NCBI RefSeq assembly: GCF_006345805.1
Contig: NC_042999.1
Coordinates: forward strand, 113,522,001-113,586,000
Origin: Octopus sinensis
Lineage: Eukaryota
DNA length: 64,000 bases
Direction: 5' to 3'
The notes beneath the pieces were generated by a model that was given only the letters and a program-made list of their open reading frames with translations, was not told where the DNA came from and did no database searches. The position numbers were made by a program, and so were the translations under genes. Positions 1 through 12,370 of the stretch are shown piece after piece; positions within the stretch are counted from its first letter, which is position 1, and each line of letters opens with the position of its first letter.

Positions 1-1544
1 GCAGTTGACTTTACATTCTCACAATTTTGCTGAAATAAGTGTCAGTTAAGTATTGAAACCAATTAAATGGACTATTCATTGAATGCAACTTTGTGGCAGT
101 GGGCCAAAGTAAAAATCATTATTATTTTAGCTATTTTCTATTTTTGATTCTGCTTATACTTAAAAAAAAAAAAAGAGAAAAGAAAAAGCCATCTTTCCAT
201 AACTGTTTTCCTTCTCAGTATACATGCACAATTTTCTTTTCTTCAAATTCCCCCAGAGTGGAAAAATAGAATTTGCATTTTCTATTTTTTAATCTCTTAT
301 TTTATTTTTGTTGTCTGTTACAATTACCTGAAGAATATTGATATTTCATATTGCCAACTATTTTGTGTATCAAGAAATGTAACCAAAATCTCTGGGATAG
401 GAGAAAGTTCAGAAAGATAATTTTCTCTAATTGTCCATGATTGAACCATTTCAATATTTCCAATTATATATATTACCATTTCGACTGGCATAAATCCAGT
501 TAGATCATTCTTTGCTGACATTCAAAGCAACTCTGGTCATAGGACTGTTTCAAATGAGGTAAAAGTATGTTTCTCATCAGTTTATATATATTTATTTTTA
601 TTACAGTTGAATTTTTTCTTTGTATCAATTAATTTGATGTAAAATCATTGTTGTGTCAGTTTTAAATTCAATTATTCCTAACTTAATACATTTAGAAAAT
701 AATTATGGAGTAAAGGTAAAAATGTTTTTTAAAAGCACATACATGGTGATGAGACAAAAACAATAATTTTTTTTTTACTTCACATAAAAAATATCTCTTT
801 TCAGATGTGTTTTATTAACTTCTGATTTCTGCCATTTTTTTTATCTCTCTCTCATGAGTGAGTGTGTGTGTGTGGATGGGTGTACATATATTAACTAACT
901 AAAAGTTAATTAGAACTATGAAAAAAAAATCTATTTGAAACATATTTCTGTACAAGAGAGAAGCTCAAAGCTATGAATCTGAAAATGTCTATTAGTATGG
1001 ACATTGAAACATTTTACTAACCTTTTACTGTTTATTCATTGCCAAAAAAATTCCAGGTTCTTTTTCTTATAGAGCAGCATTGGTTCAAGTAAAGGAAGAG
1101 ATTGGCAAGAAATAAGCACTCATGACAAATTTTTTTATGATGATTAACAATAAATCAAAAATATCTGTGTACCATGTTTTGATATGATTGTGTTTGTGTG
1201 TGTGTATTGTTTTCTCTCTTCTCTTTTAATACTGAAAATATCAAATGATTTCAAACAAGTCAATAATGAATTTTCCTGAAAATATCACTTGAATTATCAT
1301 TACATTTTTATGTATACAGATTAAATTAATTTATTCTTTTCTTTACTACTTTCTCTGTTAAGAAACAACTATTAAGTTAATTAAAAGCATGTCAGAGGAT
1401 AGTGGGAGTCTGCATTGACAAGTTCATCTAATAGAATTTTTAAAGTTCCCAAGTGTCTTCTGCTATAGCCCTAGGCTGACCAGTACTTTTGAGTGAATTT
1501 GGTAGACATGTATACAAAGCTGTGTGTGTATCTGTACATGTATA

Positions 1545-1740
1545 TCTCATCATTTAACGTCCTGTTCCATGATGTCATGTGTTGGATGTATGGCAAGACC
1601 CAGTGGGTCCAAGGACTGCATTATGCTTCAGTGTCTGCTTTGGTATGGTTTCTATGGCTGGATGCCCTTCCTAATGCTAAACACTTCACAATGTGTAGTG
1701 GGTGCTTTACTCATTCCACTGGCACTTGTGAAGTCACCAT
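1545..1740 (-). mobile_element. RTE 3'-end copy, degraded
   Basis: catcatttaacgtc...ggctggatgcccttcctaatgc. Confidence 0.6.
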
Positions 1741-2042
1741 GCAGCTTGCAAGCCTGCAAAATCTGGGAGTAGAGCGGGGTTGATGGGATGGGGGGGATTA
1801 TTCTAGCAGATAAAAGATAAGGTGTAAGAGAAGGGGTGGAGCAAAGCAGGTTCCTGTTGAAGATGAGCTACATGACTACTCACATTTGGGAAAGTGAAAA
1901 ATTAATCAATTGGGACTACGAAGGGATAAATAGTGATAAGATGGCCAAGTGGCACCTTGAGGTATGAAGTATGCAGGGGACAGCTAGGAGTGTGTATGGG
2001 TGGGGGTTTTCAGGTGTGTAGGGGATGGGGAGAAAGAGATAG

Positions 2043-2074
<32 letters not shown>

Positions 2075-2077
<3 letters not shown>

Positions 2078-2456
2078 ATATATAAACGGCAGTTTGTCTG
2101 TGCGTGTTTCTGTGTGTCTGTTTGCTTGTACCCTCACCCCAACCACGGCTTTCAACCGATTCTGATGAAACTTGACACACACATAGCCCAATGTCATAAT
2201 CCAAAACTAACTTAGCGAAAATTTTGAAAAGTTTCCCCAGTTCTGAAAAAAATCGATAAGTTCGACATGGGGTCGAGAATCGGAAACACGAACCACAAAC
2301 TGTCTAGGGGACGCAACTCCATCCTTTTTTGACTCTCAAAAAAAAATTTACCATCATTTTTTTCCATTTTTTTTTCTATTTTTTGGCTATAACTCTCTAA
2401 AAATGCTTTATAGTTATTTCCCTTACAAACCTGAGCAACGCCGGGCGATACTGCTA

Positions 2457-2457
<1 letters not shown>
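2075..2457 (+). mobile_element. Non-autonomous Helitron
   Basis: Starts TCTATATATAA, followed by (GTCT/GTGT)-rich sequence; ends GCAACGCCGGGCGATACTG-CTAG; inserted between A and T within a (TA)n tract. Confidence 0.75.
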
Positions 2458-2497
<40 letters not shown>

Positions 2498-4630
2498 TAC
2501 ATGCACACACACACTTACATAAGTACATACATACATTCATGCATGTATTGTGTATGTTAACAATCTGTGGTGAGCTGTGGAATGTGATTCTTGTTGATAT
2601 TTCTTTGTCAACCAATCTTTGTGCTTTTGAAGGTGAATGAAATGTAAACTTCTTTACTTTAAAAGCATGTAAGAGTTTTTCCTTTACAGGAAGGGCATCC
2701 AGCTGTAATACAATACCTCGGTAATATATACTTGTCTAACCCATGCTAGCATGGAAAAAAACATACCTACAAGGCCGTATGTGTGTGTCTTTATGTATGT
2801 CAAAGGCAACAGAAATCCAAAGAAGATTCTACATGAATTAAAGATAACTATATAACAAATAGTTATATTTTACAAACTTAATGTTTTAGAAAAGAAATTC
2901 AGCTTGCACTAAGTCAGTTCACAACTTCAGTAACCTATGTATATTTATATATATCTCATTGCACTGCACATTGGGCAAATGTCTTCTTCTACAGCCCTGA
3001 GCTAACCAAAGCCTTCTGAGTGGGTTTGATAGTAGATGGAAACTAAGAAACAATCCTGTTGTGTGTGTACACACATACATACACACGTGTGGCTTTTGTG
3101 TATTTGTTTGCATCTGTTGCTTGCTTATATGAAAGTCATGACATTCGCATAGTCTTCTTGTTGGCATTTCTCTTGTCAATATATGTTTGCATCATGCCTT
3201 CAAAGCTTGTTGGAATATGAGATCCTCTACTTGAGAAAGAGAATCCAGCAATAAAACAAATGTCTCAATAATATATTTGTGTAACCCTGGCTAATGTAGA
3301 AAATCATGCAAAAACAAATGAAAATATATATAAAAGATAAAGATAAATAGGTCTGTCATGAGCTTACAGGTTCATCAGGTTCAAGTTTGTCCAGTTGCCA
3401 TTGCTTTTAAGCTCCTGAGAGAGTACAATACTCTACCACTGAATGAGAAGTTAGTCTTCCATACTCATTTTCTGTTGAGTAGACTGGAGCATGTGCATGC
3501 ACAAATACACATGCATAACTGTAGACAGACATACAGAAAATGACTGAGAAAATCCCTTGCAGTGTTTAATTATGCTCCTTTACTTCCTAAATTCACTTTC
3601 TTCTGAAGCTATCTGTGCTTTTCATTTTATGAAAGTGAATAAAAGAAATTCAGTTGATAATGAATGTGGGCATTACTCTGGTTAAAAAGTTTGGTATACA
3701 ACCTTATAGTTCTGAGTTTGATCTCACTTCACAGTGCTTGTGATTATAATTTGGTAGATAGTAAAATAGGATAATTGATACTTGGCCAAAAGGAAGTCTA
3801 TCTCATTTTATGAATCATCACTCTCAATGAAATCTTGTGGCCTAGAACTGGATGGTTAATGGTGATGTTGGAATTGGCTTGATTTCTAGATATGGCTTCT
3901 CAGCTAATCCTGTGTTGACATTTATTGGTGCTGCTGTTAATTCTGAGCTGACATTTAATTGTTGATGCTGCTGCTGTACTTAGAGATATCCTAAGTGGTA
4001 TCCAATGAAAGGCAACTTGACTTATTGCTATGAAGTTGCTCACCATCACACTTCAACAACCTCTAGTCATATGAAGTTATACCAGACAGTGTCTTCTACT
4101 ATAACTTTGAGCTGACCAATGCCTTGGGAGTAGAATTTGGTTGATGGAAACTGTATGTGTATTTCACATATGAGACATATGACAAGTTGATAATTTTAGT
4201 GAAGATCCATTGTAAATTTTGTTATGCCTGGCACAAGTTATATATGTATGTATGTGTATATTCTCTTCAGTAGCCATGCAGGAGTAATACAACTCTCAGA
4301 GGTTTTTGTGTGATCATAACAGTGCTGTTTATTGTTCTATATTCTACTGACTGTCATTTTAATTGGTGATGTTGTATGAAACAAAAAAAAAATAAATAAA
4401 CAACGATATCTGTGTGTATGTTTAAAGAGAGAGAGAGAGAGAATGAAGGATTTGAGATGGTTGTCTGCATAGTTTCAGTCTACCAAATTCCATTTACTAC
4501 AAAGTATTGGTCAACCTAAATCTATACTAGAAGATACTTCCCAATGTGCCATGTAGGGTACTGAATCTGGAATTGTGTGTGTGAAGCAAACTTCTTCAAA
4601 GCACTGCATACATACCCCCCTATATGTGTC

Positions 4631-4659
<29 letters not shown>

Positions 4660-4662
<3 letters not shown>

Positions 4663-4930
4663 AATTGGACATGGGCGATTCTTGTATTCTTTCTTGCCTT
4701 GAGGTTCACAGCCAAATGGCTGGGTGGGTTCTCATGAAAAATGGCACACATGTGGAGACAGGTGCATAGATTGGAATGCGGTTTGTATTTTTTTTTCCTA
4801 GTTCCCATAGTTACTGAGGAAATCGATTAAAACCTTTTCTAATGGAATTCCCATTTGTTCCGCCATTAAAACAACAAGTTGTTCACACAGCCGGCATGTA
4901 CCATTTCGCTAGCAACAAGGGGAGTACAAG
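4660..4930 (+). mobile_element. Degraded Helitron-like fragment
   Basis: cacagccaaatggctgggtgggttctcatgaaaaatggcacaca resembles the 5' internal motif of the 2075 element; termini unclear. Confidence 0.3.
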
Positions 4931-5291
4931 ATGACAGTCAGCCAAAACTTTCGCTATGCTATCTCTCTCCTTTCTCCTCTTTGTGGGGTTAATAATCTTA
5001 ACCTTTAGTTACAGTTTCTCATTCAAACTACATAATAGACTGAATTGTCGGATTAAGACAGTAGGGTGTTTTGAGGGAGATTTGGCTCCTATTTCTACCA
5101 GTTCTACCTACCATGTAAAGGTCTGAACTTAATTTTCATTTACATATTTGCATTTCAAAAATTTAACATAATCTTTTCCATAAATCAACTATCATAAAAA
5201 TTTTATACGATGACCTCACATTTTCTATGTATGTGTGTGTACCTTAAAAGACGTCTATCATCATGACACACACCTTCACTCACATATCTTT

Positions 5292-5292
<1 letters not shown>

Positions 5293-5359
<67 letters not shown>

Positions 5360-5373
5360 ACACACACACACAC
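5293..5373. repeat. (CA)n microsatellite
   Basis: Direct reading. Confidence 0.95.
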
Positions 5374-6142
5374 ATGGACTGAAACACCATAAAAAAAAAG
5401 CATCTCCTCAGAATTATTTTGTTACATATCACCATCAAGGCTCAGACAACACACCTATCTTTTCTCCTTGTTGTGTTTTACTCCCCCTCTTTAGAACATC
5501 AACCCTATAGAATTTTTTCCCCACAAACATGGTTTTGCAGATGTTTAAACTGAACAAGTTGTATTAATCTCGTCAATTATGAAATACCTTCAAAAGTTAG
5601 AGCCTTGTTCTATCTAATATATTTCTTGGGAGAGCTAACTCAGTATTTCCCACTAGCTAAAAAAAAAAAAAAAAACAAGCATCAAGACTTGGTTGAAAAG
5701 GTCCTTGTCAAGGGATGGCATGCAGCCTCGTTTTCTACTGAGGTTGCTACCATGGCATTCCAGATAGATTGGTGCTATTTCCTACAGAATATAAGTCTAG
5801 GATTCAGACAGCTGAAGAAATCCACCGTGGAGATAGGCAGAACAGCTGAAACCAGCTCAAGGTAACTATAGTTCATCGGAGAATATAAGTGGAACCCTTC
5901 TACAGGTGAAGAGTAGTTCAGTCCTCACTGCCCCACTCAGGTGATGTGTACACGCTAAGGGAGCAAAGCACTTGTGACTCTGAGACACCTGCTGGCAATA
6001 TGGAAGGGTTTTCAGCATTTTGATGGATATAGAAGATCTTGTAAAATCTCTGAGTAACTTTTGCACAAGGCAAAGCATCTCTGATATTTATTACACCTAT
6101 CTCTCTCTCTCTCTCTTTATACACACACATATATATTATATA

Positions 6143-6627
6143 CTAGCAGTATTGCCCAGCTTTGCAAAATGGTCACATTTAATTCAAAGCGTTAAAAATG
6201 TTATGAAAACAATTGGTGTGTTCACAAAGTCCAAACGATTAATATGAAAAAACCCTCTAGGCTACATCCCGAAATTTCATTTCTTTGCTGAATTTCTACA
6301 ATGTTTATGGCGATTCGTTTTTATATCTTGATTTTTTATTTTTCATGCAATTTACGCATGCTTGCACACGTGGTGAACACAGTTCACGTCAAACAGCTGA
6401 CTGAGTAAAGTTCACTATTCAATGCAAGGGATAAGGCCTAAACAAACACATTATCGATTTTTGCACTTGCGAGATGAATTTTGGGACAGAAATAGCGCAG
6501 TTCAATTTTCATTCGCCTAAACTTTAAGTGACCCATTTTTGGTGGTTCTACTATTTGTTGGCTAGGAGGAGATGTGCTGGGAAGTTAAACACACAGACAC
6601 ACAAGTTGAGTTTTATGTATATATAGA
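6143..6627 (-). mobile_element. Non-autonomous Helitron
   Basis: Reverse complement starts TCTATATATA and ends GCTGGGCAATACTG-CTAG-T; same 3' terminus type as the 2075 element. Confidence 0.72.
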
Positions 6628-6649
6628 TATATATACATATTTTTTATAG

Positions 6650-7010
6650 CTTGTCTCAGTCATTAGACTTCAGCTAGGCACCGACTTGAAGGGTTTTAAT
6701 CAAACAAATTAATGCCAATGTTTTTTTTAAAGTCTAGTATTTATTCTATGGGTTTCTTTGCTGAACTGCTAAGTTATGGGAATGTAAATATCCCAACACT
6801 GGTTCTCAAACAGTCATTGGGAACAATCAAAGACACACACACACACATATATACAACAGGCTTCTTTCAGTTTCCATCTACCAAATCCACTCAATACTTT
6901 GGTCAACCCAAGGCTATAGTAGAAGACACTTGCCCAAGTTGCCACACAATGGGACTGAACAAGGAACCATGTGGTTGGGAAGCAAACTTCTTACCACACA
7001 GCCACACATG
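6650..7010 (-). mobile_element. SINE family A copy (CORE-like body, CR1-type tail)
   Basis: Matches copies at 17452, 33105 and 37620 (ctaccaaatccactca...gaagacacttgcccaag). Confidence 0.8.
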
Positions 7011-7117
7011 CACCTGTATTGAAAATCTGCCTCAACAAATTCCATCTGACCCATGCAAGAATGGAAAAGTAGATGTTAGATGTTGATGATATATATATGT
7101 GTGTGTGTGTGTGTATG

Positions 7118-7163
<46 letters not shown>

Positions 7164-7169
7164 TAAATA

Positions 7170-8007
7170 CAGGGTATCTCAGAAATCACTGATAGGTTTC
7201 AATTTTTAATAACTTCCTTAACTTTACAAATAAATGCAAGAAATGTTGATACAATATAAAGGACATAATGGAAATTAATATGCACAAATAAAATTTTGCA
7301 ACATTGCGACATCAAATATGAAAAATGACAGCCATTTTCAGTTTTGCACACTCATGTTCTTTCCACCATAACACCCTCAAAACTTTCAGATCCCACTTCT
7401 CTGTTTTCTCTATTGATGTTCTCCTTCAGTTGCACCAGGGTATATGGCTTGTTGATGTTAACCCTCTCTTTCAGGTATCCCCACAAGAGAATATCAAGTC
7501 TGGGGAACATAAAATTGATATTGGTGTAGCAGGAGATTATTCTTTCTCCAAAGCACTGCCATAGCAACTGCATTGTTTCTCTTGTGGTATAAGCAGTTGC
7601 CCCATCATGTTGGAACCATGTGTAAGATCTACTGAATGGCCTTCATGTTCTCCAGACTTGACTAGCCTGGATTTTTTCTTGTGGGGATACCTGAAAGAGA
7701 GAGTTTACATCAACAAACTAGAGACCCTGGTGCGACTAAAAGAGAAGAACAATTGAGAAATCGGAGAAGTGGGGTCTGAAACTCTTGAGGGTGTTACGGT
7801 GGAAAGAGCACTGGTGTGCATAGCCAAAAATGGCTGCCATTTAAGCAGTCATTTTTCATGTGTGATGTAGTGGTGTTGCAAAATTTTACTTGTGCATATT
7901 AATTTCCATTATTTCCTTTATATTGTATCAAAATTTCATGCATTTATTTGTACAGTTAAGGAAGTTATTAAAAATTGAAATCCATTAGTGACTTTTGGGA
8001 CACCCTG
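7170..8007. mobile_element. Foldback Tc1/mariner derivative made of two transposase 3' ends
   Basis: TA-CAGGGT...ACCCTG-TA; inverted arms 7170-7510 and 7645-8007 both encode the (SP)DL..LWGYLKERV transposase C-terminus. Confidence 0.8.
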
Positions 8008-8021
8008 TATATGTATATATA

Positions 8022-8056
<35 letters not shown>

Positions 8057-9253
8057 GCTTTCCTCCTGGCTATAACACGAACTACGAACCGCAGGATGAT
8101 GAATAATATCAGCTAAGTCATATTTAAGTTCACGACCTGTCCCTCTTTCATTGTTTTTGCAAGTATTATTATCACCATCAAGCCTTATTATTGTGTCCCC
8201 CATATATTATCGTTATCCTTCGTCTCAAATGCTAGCTGAAGCATATAAACTTTCGCTCACAAAAACTTATTCACACGACCGCAAAAAAACATCTCGTCTC
8301 AAATCTGGTCTTTCTGTCGCTTAATTCTCTAACCCATCTTTCGCAACTTCCACTCATAGAAACTTATGCACACGACCGCAAACCTTTCCATCTCAAATCT
8401 TGCCTTTCTTACTTTCATCTAAATCTCGTCTTCTCCCAGTGCCCGGTGTCGTTTTTTTGCCCCTCTGTTATCACCATGTCTCTCTCCCTCCCTCTATCTC
8501 TCTCTTTCTCTGCGGTGTCGTTTTCTCCCTCTGTTATCGCTGTCTCTCTCTCTCTCTCTCTCCCTCTCTCTCTATATATTTCACTTTCACTCGCTGCCAC
8601 AGGCTTCTACCCACACCTCCTCACCCCCTCCCTTATAAAACCCTACGCACGAGGCTTGACCGCCCTTATTATTGCTTTCCTCCTGGCTATAACACGAACT
8701 ACGAACCGCAGGATGATGAATAATATCAGCTAAGTCATATTTAAGTTCACGACCTGTCCCTCTTTCATTGTTTTTGCAAGTATTATTATCACCATCAAGC
8801 CTTATTATTGTGTCCCCCATATATTATCGTTATCCTTTGTCTCAAATGCTAGCTGAAGCATATAAACTTTCGCTCACAAAAACTTATTCACACGACCGCA
8901 AAAAAAAAAAACATCTCGTCTCAAATCTGGTCTTTCTGTCGCTTAATTCTCTAACCCATCTTTCGCAACTTCCACTCATAGAAACTTATGCACACGACCG
9001 CAAACCTTTCCATCTCAAATCTTGCCTTTCTTACTGCCGCCTAAATCTCGTCTTCTCCCAGTGCACAGTGCGCCCGCCCTCCCGCCCCCACCACCAGTAC
9101 CGGAAGTCCTTATCTCACCTTGCCTTCCTTTGCTTTTCTTCCATGAACACCTAAAGGCCTTAAACCAATACCACCCCTTCTATATATGGTGGTGACCATA
9201 CGGCGCAAAAACATGTTAGTGCAGTGTAACAGGTTGAACTTAAGTTCATTGCT

Positions 9254-12200
9254 TTGCTTATGAATTCTGCCAAATGCGAGTTTTCTTCTTCCTTTCAGGT
9301 ACATGACGGCACTGCTCCCCGTCCCTGGGCCTCTCGGGTCAATACCTTCCACCCCCTCAGGGTGGGCACCCTCAACGCTGGCACACTGAAAGGTAGGTCT
9401 GGCGAGATAGTCGAGATGCTTGAACGGAGACGTGTTGACGTATGTTGTATGCAAGAAATAAGGTGGAGAGGAGGATCTGCTAGGTTCCTCACAGGCAAGG
9501 AACACAGGTACAAGATTTTCTGGGCAGGGAACACTGACGGGGTTGGTGGCGTGGGTATACTTATCGCTGAGAAATGGATAGATAGAGTAATTGAGGTAAT
9601 CAGAGTAAGTGACAGAATACTTAAGATTAGAATAGTGCTTCATAATAGATTAGCAACCATTATATCGGCCTATGCCCCTCAGCCAGGGCTACCCGATGGA
9701 CAGAAAGACAGTTTCTATGACACCCTACTGCAGACCACCTCATTGACGAACGACAGGGACCTTTTCTTTGTGGCTGGTGATTTCAATGGGCATGTTGGAC
9801 GACATGCTGGGGGCTTCCATGGCGTGCATGGAGGCTACGGTTATGGTTCCCGCAACGAGGAGGGAACCAGGCTGCTGGAGTTCTGTGATGCGAATAGTCT
9901 TATGATCTGCAACACTAACTTCAGGAAACCAACAAGCCACCTGGTCACCTACCGATCGGGCCGGCATACTAGCCAAATCGACTACATCCTCGCCAGAAAA
10001 AGGGAAAGATGGCTGCTTATAAATGCCAAAACCTTCCCAGGCGAAGAATGCACCCCACAACATAGACTGGTAGTTAGTGACTTTAGGATCAGGACTAAGA
10101 GGGCGACTAGAAGACGACCAACTTGGAGAAGAAGGGTCTGGAAGCTTAAAGACCCTGCGAATGGACAGAGATTTAGAGATATGTTACTTGAAGCCTTTGA
10201 CGAAGTGGAAGGGGGTATAGCTACACATGGGGTAGAAGACAACTGGACGTTTCTGAGGGACAACCTGCTGAAAGCCGCTGACCAGATCTGTGGCTGGTGC
10301 AAAGTCCCCTTAAGACCCAAAATAACATGGTGGTGGAACAATATTGTTGATAGGGCTATTAGACAAAAGAAACAGGCTTGGAAGGCCTGGAAGAACGGTG
10401 GTAGCAGGGAAGTGTATCAGACTGCCAGAAGGGAAGCTAGGAGACAGGTCTATCTAGCCAGAGGGGAAGCAGATAAAAGAAAATTTGCCAATGTCCTGCG
10501 CCGTGAGGATGAAAGACTTGAGGTATTTCGTGTTGCAAGACAGTGTGTGAGAGAGAATCGAGATGTGGTAGGAGAGAAATGTGTTCGCATGGAGGATGGC
10601 TCACTTGCGCTAAATGAGGATGCAAAGAGAGAAGCTTGGAGACGCCACTATGAAAGGTTGCTGAATGAGGAAAATGAATGGGATAAAGAGAGTCTGCCGA
10701 ATGTTGACCCAACAGAGGGACCAGCTATCCGAGTTGATAGTTCCGTGGTAGCTAAGGCAATTAGAAGCATGAAGACAGGGAAAGCCCCAGGCCCATCAGG
10801 AATTACTGCAGAGATGCTCAAAATATCTGGTAGTGTCGGCTATAGCATAGTCACCCGTATAGTTAACCAGGTGATACACGAAGGAGTCATACCCAATGAC
10901 TGGTGTAGCAGCATAATAGTCAACTGCTACAAAGGTAAAGGCGATGCCCTAGATACAAATAACTACAGGGGCATCAAGCTGTTGGATCAGGTAATGAAGG
11001 TTACGAAGAGGGTTATAGCCCAGTTAATTAGAGAGAGAGTTAGCTTAGATGATATGCAGTTTGGGTTCGTGCTAGGGAAAAGTACTACTGATGCTATATT
11101 CCTGGTAAGACAGCTGCAGGAGAAATACCTAGCCAAAGGTAAGCCCTTGTACCTGGCTTTTGTTGACTTAGAGAAAGCCTTTGACAGGGTCCCCCGATCC
11201 CTTATCTGGTGGTCAATGAGGAAACTAGGGATAGATGAATGGTTAGTGAGAGCTGTGCGAGCCATGTACAGAGACGCAGCTAGTAAGGTGAGGGTTGGCA
11301 ACGAGTACAGTGAAGAATTCCGGGTAGAGGTTGGGGTCCACCAAGGTTCAGTCCTCAGCCCCCTCCTATTTATCATAGTCCTCCAGGCAATAACGGAAGA
11401 ATTTAAGACAGGATGCCCCTGGGAGCTCCTATATGCTGATGACCTTGCTCTAATTGCTGAGTCACTATCAGAACTGGAGGAGAAGTTTCAGGTGTGGAAA
11501 CAAGGATTAGAATCGAAGGGCCTTAGAATCAACCTAGCCAAAACCAAAGTCCTAATAAGTAGGAAGGTGGACCAACCACAAACGACTTCAGGTAGATGGC
11601 CCTGCTCGATCTGTAAAAAAGGTGTAGGTAGAAACTCTATAAGGTGCACCAAGTGTAAGCTATGGACACATAAGAGGTGCAGCAATGTCAAAGGAAGGCT
11701 AACTAAGAAAATAGTTTTTGTCTGTGGCAGATGCTCAAGAGAAATAAACACTGGAAATGTGCAGAGACCAACTTCTACCACGTTCCAGGGAGACAAACTA
11801 GAAGTAGTTGATAGCTTCCGCTACCTAGGAGACCAAGTCAGTAGCGGGGGTGGGTGTGCTGAAAGTGTAACTGCTAGAGTAAGAATAGCCTGGGCAAAGT
11901 TTAGAGAGCTCTTACCCCTGCTGGTGACAAAAGGCCTCTCGCTAAGAGTAAAAGGCAGACTATATGATGCGTGTGTACGTACAGCCATGCTACATGGTAG
12001 TGAAACATGGGCCGTGACAGCTGAGGATATGCGTAAGCTTGCAAGAAATGAAGCCAGTATGCTCCGATGGATGTGTAATGTCAGTGTTCATAATCGTCAG
12101 AGTGTAAGTACTTTGAGAGAAAAGTTGAACCTAAGAAGTGTCAGTTGTGGTGTGCAAGAGAGACGGCTGTGCTGGTATGGTCATGTGACGAGAATGGCTG

Positions 12201-12289
12201 AAGATAGTTGTGTGCAAAAGTGCTACACTCTAGCAGTTGAGGGAACCTGTGGAAGAGGTAGACCCAGGAAAACCTGTACGAGGTGGTGA
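9254..12289 (+). CDS. RTE ORF: APE endonuclease plus reverse transcriptase with internal C4HC3 finger; C-terminal frameshift
   Basis: EN motifs LNAGTL, CMQE, GDFNGHVG, SQIDYIL; RT motifs QFGF, FVDLEKAFDRV, GVHQGSVLSPLLF, YADD, FRYLG. The true start codon is uncertain. Confidence 0.92.
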   Translation: MLMNSAKCEFSSSFQVHDGTAPRPWASRVNTFHPLRVGTLNAGTLKGRSGEIVEMLERRRVDVCCMQEIRWRGGSARFLTGKEHRYKIFWAGNTDGVGGVGILIAEKWIDRVIEVIRVSDRILKIRIVLHNRLATIISAYAPQPGLPDGQKDSFYDTLLQTTSLTNDRDLFFVAGDFNGHVGRHAGGFHGVHGGYGYGSRNEEGTRLLEFCDANSLMICNTNFRKPTSHLVTYRSGRHTSQIDYILARKRERWLLINAKTFPGEECTPQHRLVVSDFRIRTKRATRRRPTWRRRVWKLKDPANGQRFRDMLLEAFDEVEGGIATHGVEDNWTFLRDNLLKAADQICGWCKVPLRPKITWWWNNIVDRAIRQKKQAWKAWKNGGSREVYQTARREARRQVYLARGEADKRKFANVLRREDERLEVFRVARQCVRENRDVVGEKCVRMEDGSLALNEDAKREAWRRHYERLLNEENEWDKESLPNVDPTEGPAIRVDSSVVAKAIRSMKTGKAPGPSGITAEMLKISGSVGYSIVTRIVNQVIHEGVIPNDWCSSIIVNCYKGKGDALDTNNYRGIKLLDQVMKVTKRVIAQLIRERVSLDDMQFGFVLGKSTTDAIFLVRQLQEKYLAKGKPLYLAFVDLEKAFDRVPRSLIWWSMRKLGIDEWLVRAVRAMYRDAASKVRVGNEYSEEFRVEVGVHQGSVLSPLLFIIVLQAITEEFKTGCPWELLYADDLALIAESLSELEEKFQVWKQGLESKGLRINLAKTKVLISRKVDQPQTTSGRWPCSICKKGVGRNSIRCTKCKLWTHKRCSNVKGRLTKKIVFVCGRCSREINTGNVQRPTSTTFQGDKLEVVDSFRYLGDQVSSGGGCAESVTARVRIAWAKFRELLPLLVTKGLSLRVKGRLYDACVRTAMLHGSETWAVTAEDMRKLARNEASMLRWMCNVSVHNRQSVSTLREKLNLRSVSCGVQERRLCWYGHVTRMAEDSCVQKCYTLAVEGTCGRGRPRKTCTRW

Positions 12290-12370
12290 AGCACGACCTT
12301 CGAACTTTAGGTCTCACCAAGGAAATGACTGAAGACCGAGTCCTATGGAAGTGTGCTGTGCATGAGAGGA

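Noticed and set aside
324-521. 65-aa minus-strand ORF
   Set aside because: No recognisable motif or supporting exon structure
503-1137. Possible exons at 503-558 and from 1073 (SFFADIQSN..., SSIGSSKGRDWQEI...)
   Set aside because: Plausible splice sites but no recognisable homology, and the frame stops; cannot be tied to MED15
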